Shown: piece after piece, positions 57,230 through 64,000 of the stretch
How the letters are laid out: every line of letters begins with the position of its first letter
Position numbering within the stretch: the stretch's first letter is position 1
NCBI GenBank assembly: GCA_020628475.1
Contig: JAHDFB010000003.1
Coordinates: 10,142 to 74,141 of the forward strand
Source of the DNA: Saprospiraceae bacterium
GTDB taxonomy: Bacteria > Bacteroidota > Bacteroidia > Chitinophagales > Saprospiraceae
Reading direction: 5' to 3'
Length of the DNA stretch: 64,000 nucleotides
The notes under the pieces: generated by a model
What the model saw: the letters and a program-made list of their open reading frames with translations, nothing else
Databases searched by the model: none
What the model was told of the DNA's origin: nothing
Program-made: the position numbers and the translations under genes

Positions 57230-59135
57230 CATCAAAATTGTCCAACCACTCTGCGCAGCTTTCCCATTCTTCCATTTTAGATTCTATTTCCGCTTTATAT
57301 TGCTTGTACTTCGCAATAATTTCTTGATGATCTGACTGCTGATAAAAGGCTGGATCCGCCATTTGTTCCTCAATTTCCCCTGCTTTAGACTCTAGTTTTT
57401 CCATGTCTCTTTCAACATATTGAAGCGTTCTTCTTTTTTTCTTGATTTCGTCCCTAGAAGCTTGCTGTTTCTTAGGCTTTGGCTGTGTATTTTGGACGGC
57501 ACTAGCCTTCTCTATTTCACGCATGGAATCGGTTTCGCGCTTCTGCAAGAAATAATTAATATCCCCTAAATACTTCTTGATCTTCTTATCTCGAAATTCA
57601 TAAACGATATGACATAAATCTGCTAAAAAATCCCGATCGTGCGACACGATCACTACAGTACCAGCGTATTTTTTTATCGCATCTTTCAACACTTCTTTAG
57701 AAAGCATATCTAGGTGATTGGTGGGCTCATCCATTATCAGTAGATTACTAGGTCGTAATACCATCATGGCCATGGCCAATCGCGCTCTTTCTCCACCTGA
57801 CAAGACGGAAACACGTTTATCCACATCCTCTCCTGTAAATAAAAATGAACCAAGAATACTTCTTAATTTAGTTCGCATTTCCGCTGGACTGACCGCTTCC
57901 AGGGTCTCCAAAAGAGTTTTCGAATTATCTAGATTATCCGCCTGATTTTGGGCATAATAAATGGATTGCACATTATGTCCTGGTATGACTACACCGCTAT
58001 TGGCTTCAATAAGTTGCGTTAATATTTTAACTAAGGTAGTTTTTCCCTGACCATTCTGTCCAACGAAAGCCACTTTTTCTCCATTATCGATGGAGATGGT
58101 GATATCTTTTAATACCTCTTTATTACCATAACTTTTGAATATATTTTCCGCCTGTAATACGACTCTTCCTGCTCGAACGCCTTCCGGAAATCGAATATTC
58201 ATCGTAGCTGCTTCTTCCTCGACAGCATCTACGCGTTCCATCTTATCCAACTGCTTTTTCATAGATTGCGCCATCTTTGTTTTTGTAGCTTTTGCCATAA
58301 AACGTGTGATGGTTCGCTCCTTCTCAGCAATGACCTTTTGCTGATTTTTATAGGCCGAAATTTGAATGGCTCGTCTTTCTTCTTTTATAGACAAGTACTT
58401 ATCGTACGGCGCCTTATAGACCTCCATTTTACTAAATTCAATTTCCGCTGTCTTATTGGTTACATTCGATAAAAAGGTTTTATCGTGTGAAATCACGATG
58501 ATGGTCATAGAGGATTTCGAAAGATACTGTTCCAACCACAAAATAGACTCAATGTCCAAGTGATTGGTTGGCTCATCTAAAAGAAGAATATCAGGATGAC
58601 TCAACAATAATCGCGCTAATTCTGCTCGCATGGCCCATCCTCCAGAAAATTGATGCATTTTTTTCTCGAAATCATCCGACGTAAAACCCAGTCCCATTAG
58701 GACGGTTTCTATTTGACCTTCGATATTATGACCTCCCAAAAGATCAAATGCTTCATTCAGGTCCGTTAGCTTATCAAAAATAGCAAGGTCTAGATCCTTC
58801 CCTTCAGGATTAGACTCCAACTGTTGGTTAATGGCATCAATTTGGTCCTGAATGGCATTCGCCTCTTGAAAGGCAGATTGTGCCAGTTCTTTAAGACTAA
58901 TATCTTGTGTCTCCGGCAAATCTTGAGTTAGAAAAGCCATTTTAACTTGCTTGGAAATATCTACTTGCCCATCGTCTGGAGACATGGTCCCAGCAATTAG
59001 TTTTAACAAGGTCGATTTACCTGTTCCATTTCTTCCTACTAGTCCAATGCGTTCCCCCTTCTCTACTCGAAAAGTAATATAGTCATATAGAACACGATCA
59101 CCATATTTGATGAAAATATCTGTAAGCTGAATCAT
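57222..59135 (-). CDS. ABC-F family ATPase
   Basis: 637-aa ORF with two cassettes (GRNGTGKST / GQNGQGKTT; signature motifs FSGGW and LSGGE), no TM domain and a C-terminal coiled coil. Confidence 0.85.
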   Translation of the reverse strand: MIQLTDIFIKYGDRVLYDYITFRVEKGERIGLVGRNGTGKSTLLKLIAGTMSPDDGQVDISKQVKMAFLTQDLPETQDISLKELAQSAFQEANAIQDQIDAINQQLESNPEGKDLDLAIFDKLTDLNEAFDLLGGHNIEGQIETVLMGLGFTSDDFEKKMHQFSGGWAMRAELARLLLSHPDILLLDEPTNHLDIESILWLEQYLSKSSMTIIVISHDKTFLSNVTNKTAEIEFSKMEVYKAPYDKYLSIKEERRAIQISAYKNQQKVIAEKERTITRFMAKATKTKMAQSMKKQLDKMERVDAVEEEAATMNIRFPEGVRAGRVVLQAENIFKSYGNKEVLKDITISIDNGEKVAFVGQNGQGKTTLVKILTQLIEANSGVVIPGHNVQSIYYAQNQADNLDNSKTLLETLEAVSPAEMRTKLRSILGSFLFTGEDVDKRVSVLSGGERARLAMAMMVLRPSNLLIMDEPTNHLDMLSKEVLKDAIKKYAGTVVIVSHDRDFLADLCHIVYEFRDKKIKKYLGDINYFLQKRETDSMREIEKASAVQNTQPKPKKQQASRDEIKKKRRTLQYVERDMEKLESKAGEIEEQMADPAFYQQSDHQEIIAKYKQYKAEIESKMEEWESCAEWLDNFDAN

Positions 59136-59158
59136 AGATCAAAAATACGATGCTGTTT

Positions 59159-59710
59159 TTAATTCCAGCTTACTCGATCCGGAATTTCCGCGATAATTCC
59201 AAAGGCATCACTCTTATTTTGAAGAGAAGACTTCCATAAACGGTCGGAAGGAATGTTTAGTAAGTAGTTATTATCCATTTCATCGACCACCCAAGAGCCT
59301 AGCTCTAATTCCTGATCCAATTGTCCTGGAGACCATCCGGAATAACCGATAAAAAATTTGATATCTTTTTTGGTGATTAATTCGGAAGTAATAAGAAATT
59401 TTAATTGTTCGAAATCCCCGCCCCAATACAATCCATCGCGGATTGGGACACTTCCATCTAAGATATGCCCTACAGTATGTACATAATGAATGGTATCATG
59501 TCCTACAGGTCCACCAAAATAGACCTCGACATCAAATTCTGGAAAATCAGCCAGTAATTGGTCCACTTGCATATCGATTGGTTTATTCAATATAAATCCA
59601 ACGGTCCCGTGATCCACTTCATAATCACAAATTAACACAACCGCCTTTTTGAAGTTTGGATCCTCCATAAAGGGTTCTGCTATTAATATTTGTCCTATTC
59701 TATCTTCCAT
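59159..59710 (-). CDS. YqgE/AlgH (UPF0301) family protein
   Basis: 183-aa ORF with the pattern ILIAEPFMEDPNFKKAVVLICDY ... FGGPV. Confidence 0.8.
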   Translation of the reverse strand: MEDRIGQILIAEPFMEDPNFKKAVVLICDYEVDHGTVGFILNKPIDMQVDQLLADFPEFDVEVYFGGPVGHDTIHYVHTVGHILDGSVPIRDGLYWGGDFEQLKFLITSELITKKDIKFFIGYSGWSPGQLDQELELGSWVVDEMDNNYLLNIPSDRLWKSSLQNKSDAFGIIAEIPDRVSWN

Positions 59711-59798
59711 CGTATATACTAAACCCGTGAAACAAGAAATAAATTCTCCTGATCGCGCTAATATTATCTTAAAATTAATCTGACTACGACATTTTGTA

Positions 59799-60677
59799 TT
59801 ACAATGCCGATGTTGGGAATTTTCTATCCACTTTTCTCACAAAACCTGACAAGGTCTTACCATTTCCGCCTACTTCTACAAAGGATGTAACGCCATCCTC
59901 AATCATATTCAACATGATTTGTGTCCATCGAACTGGAGAAGTTAATTGATTAACAAGATTCTTCTGGATCACTTCTGGATCGGTTTGAGCTTGAGCATCC
60001 ACATTTTGATAAATAGGACAATTGGGCGTTTTGAAATCAGTTGATTCGATCGCTTTTTCAAGTCTCAATTTCGCCGATTCCATAAAAGGAGAATGAAATG
60101 CTCCGTTGACAGGAAGAATTATCGCGCGTCTAGCACCTTTTTCGGTAAGAACTTCACACGCTTTTTGTACACCTTCTATGGATCCAGAAATTACCAATTG
60201 ACCCGGACAATTATAATTAGCAGGAATAACAACATCATCGATATTGGCGCAAACTTCTTCAACCACTTCATTATCTAATCCAAGAATGGCCGCCATGGTA
60301 CTTTCAGCTTCATCACATGATTTTTGCATCGCCTGAGCCCGCTCACTAACTAAACGAAGACCATCTTCAAAATCCATAGCACCAGCAGCTACCAAAGCAG
60401 AAAATTCTCCCAAAGAATGTCCAGCAACTACATCTGGTTCAAATGCTTCACCTGCAACAATTGATTTGATAACACTGTGCAAAAATACAGCCGGTTGGGT
60501 AACACTCGTTTGTTTTAAATCTTCGGCTGTACCATTAAACATGATGTCCGAAATATTAAATCCCAGTATTTCATTGGCTTTCTCAAATAGTTCTTTGGCC
60601 TTAGGAAATTGATCGTATAAATCTTTTCCCATACCAGGAAATTGGCTCGCTTGGCCAGGAAAAACAAAAGCTTTCAT
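59799..60677 (-). CDS. fabD: ACP S-malonyltransferase
   Basis: 292-aa ORF with FPGQASQ and GHSLGE motifs. Confidence 0.9.
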   Translation of the reverse strand: MKAFVFPGQASQFPGMGKDLYDQFPKAKELFEKANEILGFNISDIMFNGTAEDLKQTSVTQPAVFLHSVIKSIVAGEAFEPDVVAGHSLGEFSALVAAGAMDFEDGLRLVSERAQAMQKSCDEAESTMAAILGLDNEVVEEVCANIDDVVIPANYNCPGQLVISGSIEGVQKACEVLTEKGARRAIILPVNGAFHSPFMESAKLRLEKAIESTDFKTPNCPIYQNVDAQAQTDPEVIQKNLVNQLTSPVRWTQIMLNMIEDGVTSFVEVGGNGKTLSGFVRKVDRKFPTSAL

Positions 60678-60681
60678 TTAA

Positions 60682-61281
60682 TTATAAACATTTAGATCCA
60701 TGAATAAGCTTCAAGAATTCTGCTCGTGTTTCTGGTTCTCTAAATTGCCCAGTAAATGCTGAAGTTGTAGTTAATGAATTTTGCTTCTGAACCCCGCGCA
60801 TCATCATGCACATGTGCCTTGCTTCTATTACTATAGCTGCCCCTTGAGGGTTTAACGCTTCATCTATACAATTCAGGATCTCATGAGTTAATCGTTCTTG
60901 AACTTGTAATCGTCGCGCAAAGATATCTACTACTCTCGGTAATTTACTAAGACCGACTATCTTTTTATTTGGAATATAGGCAATATGAGCTTTACCAAAG
61001 AAAGGTAACATATGATGTTCACATTGAGAATACAATTCAATATCCTTGACGATGACCATTTCATTATAATCCTCTGTAAACATAGCAGATTCAATAACCT
61101 GCTTAGCGTCCATGTAATAACCTTGGGTCAAAAACTGGGTAGCTTTTGCCGCTCTTTCTGGAGTTTTAACGAGCCCCTCTCGCATAGGGTCCTCTCCGAT
61201 CAGCTCAAGAATATTCTTAAAATTCGCTTTTAAAGCTTCCGTTGTTTTCTCGTCGTATCTTTCTTCTTTTTGGTAACTCAT
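60682..61281 (-). CDS. folE: GTP cyclohydrolase I
   Basis: 199-aa ORF with CEHHMLPF and [11 protein letters not shown] motifs. Confidence 0.9.
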   Translation of the reverse strand: MSYQKEERYDEKTTEALKANFKNILELIGEDPMREGLVKTPERAAKATQFLTQGYYMDAKQVIESAMFTEDYNEMVIVKDIELYSQCEHHMLPFFGKAHIAYIPNKKIVGLSKLPRVVDIFARRLQVQERLTHEILNCIDEALNPQGAAIVIEARHMCMMMRGVQKQNSLTTTSAFTGQFREPETRAEFLKLIHGSKCL

Positions 61282-61552
61282 GTACAGGTTTTATTGGAAA
61301 TATATCCGGTTTAATGAATGGCTTACGCCAAAAGTCAATGTTTCAACGTTATAATATAATAATGGTTTCAAATAAAACCAGAATCTATGTTAAAATTGGT
61401 AAAGGCGAAATTTTCGTATTCCCTCAATGAAAAGTGCTTAATTCGTAATTTATCGATTATCTTGCGGAATTCGCCGAATTATAGTAAGAAGATGGATAGA
61501 TTTTTAATCTTTCTATGTTGTAAACTCAAATAAAGATTTTTACTTCGCATAC

Positions 61553-62626
61553 GTGATTACAAAAATCTCCAATTTAGAAGAATCTAGAATCAAAGAACGG
61601 TTCTTGAACTCTACAAGAAAAAACTTGTGGTATCACATCTTCTTTTGGTTGATTGTACTTTTTGTACTGGTAATTACGGATAGAAATCAATATGAATTTC
61701 ACACAACGTTACTTAAAGAAGTCGTCAATGTGATTTTTTATGCCATAGTGGTTTATTTCAATCTTCTTTTTTTAATTCCACATTACTTTAAGGAGGGAAA
61801 ATTATTGAGTTATGCGATTTTTCTATTTTTCAGTGTATTATTGATTTATCCGATCAAGACGCTTTGTCTTTATATAATGTTTATCGGATCTCCTTTAATA
61901 CAACAAGGATTTGTAGATAATCAAGCATTTATATTTCTCTCTAGCTTATTTGTGGGAGCATCGTCCACAATTTTTCAAATTTTGTCAGACTGGCAAAAAT
62001 CGGATGTTGAAAAAAGGGAGTTAGAATACAAGACAACACAGACAGAACTCAACTTTTTAAGAAGTCAAATTAATCCGCATTTCTTATTCAATACATTGAA
62101 TAACTTGTACGCATTAACACTTAAGAAATCCGATTCTGCTCCTGAAACTGTGCTAAAACTGAGTGAAATCATGCGTTATATGTTGTATGAATGTAACGAG
62201 GCGCAGGTATTACTTCGAAAAGAGATAAACTATCTAAAAAACTATATCGAACTCGAAAGACTTCGTTTGAATGATTCATTTGAAATAAAACTGGCAGTAA
62301 ATGGTGAAATTGGTCATCACAAAATTGCTCCGTTACTACTTACCCCTTTTATTGAAAATGCTTTCAAACACGGTATCAATCAACAACTCGATAAAGGATA
62401 TATTCATATTACTATAGGTATTGAAGGTGAAATGCTACATCTCAGCATACAAAACAGTAAAGGGAATAAAGGGCCTCAGGAAAAGCCTCTTAAAAAAAGT
62501 GGCGGAATTGGTTTACAAAATGTGAAGAGAAGATTAGAAATTCTCTATCCTTCTACACATCAATTAGATATTGTAGATGATATAGATCACTATAATATTA
62601 ATTTAAAAATTAAATTGGACGAATGA
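61553..62626 (+). CDS. LytS/YehU-type sensor histidine kinase
   Basis: 357-aa ORF with a GTG start per the ORF track. Several TM helices precede FLRSQINPHFLFNTLNNL and the ATPase boxes ENAFKHG and GGIGLQNV. Confidence 0.8.
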   Translation: MITKISNLEESRIKERFLNSTRKNLWYHIFFWLIVLFVLVITDRNQYEFHTTLLKEVVNVIFYAIVVYFNLLFLIPHYFKEGKLLSYAIFLFFSVLLIYPIKTLCLYIMFIGSPLIQQGFVDNQAFIFLSSLFVGASSTIFQILSDWQKSDVEKRELEYKTTQTELNFLRSQINPHFLFNTLNNLYALTLKKSDSAPETVLKLSEIMRYMLYECNEAQVLLRKEINYLKNYIELERLRLNDSFEIKLAVNGEIGHHKIAPLLLTPFIENAFKHGINQQLDKGYIHITIGIEGEMLHLSIQNSKGNKGPQEKPLKKSGGIGLQNVKRRLEILYPSTHQLDIVDDIDHYNINLKIKLDE

Positions 62627-63339
62627 TTAAAGCACTGATCGTAGATGACGAGCCCTTGGCTCAAGAAATATTGGAAAGTTATATTGAAAATCTTCCAAAC
62701 CTAGAATTAATTGCAAAATGCTCGAATGCTATAGAAGCTAACGAAGTCCTCAAAGAGGTAGATGTTGACATCATATTTCTGGACATTCAAATGCCTCAGA
62801 TCACGGGAATCGAATTTGTAAAGTCCTTAAAAAATCCACCACTAATTGTCTTCACGACAGCCTATGCAGACTATGCCGTGGAAGGTTTTGAATTATCCGC
62901 AACGGATTATTTGTTGAAACCGATTTCTATGGATCGATTCATGCAAGCAGTCAATAAAGCGGAACAAGAATTAAATAAAAGAGATCATGTAGGAGGCCCA
63001 GCCAAGGATAAAGATTTTTTCTTTGTAAAAGCTGATAAAAAATTGGTCAAGGTCAATCATTCTGATATTATATATATAGAAGGTCTGAAAGACTATGTAA
63101 TTATTCGTTTGAAAGAAGGGCGTGTCATTACACTGCAGACCATGAAATCTTTGGAGGCCAAATTACCGTCTGAAAAATTTAGAAGAATTCATCGTTCTTA
63201 TATCGTAGCCACCAACGAAATTAAAGCATTGATGGGTAATATGGTTGAAATTACGGAAAACGCTAAGACCAAATTATTACCAATTGGTAAAAACTATAAA
63301 GAGGACCTACTTAAGGTCATCAATGAAAATAGACTATAA
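62623..63339 (+). CDS. LytTR family response regulator
   Basis: 238-aa ORF with a receiver domain (LIVDDEP, IIFLDIQMP) and LytTR (RIHRSYIV). It overlaps the kinase gene by 4 nt. Confidence 0.85.
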   Translation: MIKALIVDDEPLAQEILESYIENLPNLELIAKCSNAIEANEVLKEVDVDIIFLDIQMPQITGIEFVKSLKNPPLIVFTTAYADYAVEGFELSATDYLLKPISMDRFMQAVNKAEQELNKRDHVGGPAKDKDFFFVKADKKLVKVNHSDIIYIEGLKDYVIIRLKEGRVITLQTMKSLEAKLPSEKFRRIHRSYIVATNEIKALMGNMVEITENAKTKLLPIGKNYKEDLLKVINENRL

Positions 63340-63342
63340 TAG

Positions 63343-64000
63343 GTGTTAGATCACAATATTTTAAAAAAAATAGAGTCGATCATTCAAGCCCGTATTTCCG
63401 AAACTGAAATGATCGGAGGCGGAGATACAGGCTCCTCATACAAACTATATTCTTCCGCCCAGAATAGCACCTTCTTTTTCAAATTATTAGAACATCCGAA
63501 GGCTCTTGAAAACATTGCATCGGAAGTGGATAATTTAAAACGAATTGGTGCTAGCAATTCCTGTGAGATTCCTCCTGTAGTCAGTCAGGTTCATACCGAT
63601 AATAAAAACGGTCTTCTATTGGAATGGATCGAACGAAAAATCCCCGACGACAAGGATCTATCCAATTTTGGACAGTGTATAGCCCGACTACATTTAAATC
63701 ATGACAAACAATTCGGTTGGCATCAGTCTAATTATATATCCGTCGTAGAACAAGTGAATGGACGGCATGCATCATGGTCGGAATTCTATTTGACACAACG
63801 TATCGAACCGCTCTTGAAAAAAGGTATCGATCGAGGGATTTTCCCTGGTCATGTAGGCTATAATCTTGAGCGATTAGAATCCACATGGAATGACACTATT
63901 CCCAATGAAAAACCCTCTTTTCTACATGGCGATTTATGGGGAGGAAATTTTATAATAGCCAATAATCGTCACGCTTATCTGATTGATCCAGCCTGTTATT
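63343..64000 (+). CDS. fructosamine/ketosamine kinase family protein, N-terminal part (3' end beyond window)
   Basis: The frame is open from GTG 63343 to the window end in my own translation, and a later ATG start is possible. Motifs are GGGDTGSSYKLY, FLHGDLWGGNF and LIDPACY. It is not in the ORF track because it has no in-window stop. Confidence 0.7.
   Translation, partial: MLDHNILKKIESIIQARISETEMIGGGDTGSSYKLYSSAQNSTFFFKLLEHPKALENIASEVDNLKRIGASNSCEIPPVVSQVHTDNKNGLLLEWIERKIPDDKDLSNFGQCIARLHLNHDKQFGWHQSNYISVVEQVNGRHASWSEFYLTQRIEPLLKKGIDRGIFPGHVGYNLERLESTWNDTIPNEKPSFLHGDLWGGNFIIANNRHAYLIDPACY

Noticed and set aside
1-64000. Scan for tRNA, rRNA, tmRNA, transposase, integrase, restriction-modification or known defence-gene signatures
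   Set aside because: I recognised none by eye. No T-loop/acceptor patterns occur in intergenic DNA. No DDE, tyrosine-recombinase or serine-recombinase motifs appear in any ORF.

Overview
AT-rich chromosomal segment that looks like a Bacteroidota genome. Supporting signs are T9SS type A and type B C-terminal sorting tails, a short (289 aa) primary sigma factor, a TonB-dependent receptor with a carboxypeptidase-regulatory-like N-domain, and TAnnTTTG-like -7 boxes. I call about 55 protein-coding genes. Most are housekeeping (tsaC, rpoD, lysA, pyrF, Mrp/ApbC, NifU, yggS, ribF, rluA-type, ABC-F, fabD, folE) or envelope/secreted proteins. The latter include two paralogous T9SS type B adhesin-like proteins, a DUF1800/DUF1501/PA14 cluster, an Omp85 member, a TonB-dependent receptor and a 1021-aa repeat protein. 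Two edge-truncated genes missing from the ORF track were recovered by hand: the reverse strand at 1-1998 and a fructosamine-kinase-like gene at 63343-64000. I recognised no rRNA, tRNA, CRISPR array, transposase or integrase. Five signals stand out. (1) A family of four GC-rich, structured intergenic elements has conserved flanks and covarying hairpins. They occur as two inward-facing inverted pairs that bracket a 4-gene and a 3-gene segment (13353-17051 and 42507-44524). (2) A classic AAA+ ATPase is fused to a gamma-glutamylamine-cyclotransferase-like domain and translationally coupled to yggS. (3) A four-gene cluster (Cys-rich wHTH regulator, DUF2024-like, secreted protein, CPVC thioredoxin-like) shares one 21-nt palindromic motif in three intergenic regions. 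(4) RibF and a GT2 glycosyltransferase are fused in frame. (5) A 129-bp coding tandem array shows a recent unit duplication. All family names come from motif recognition by eye; no database search was possible.
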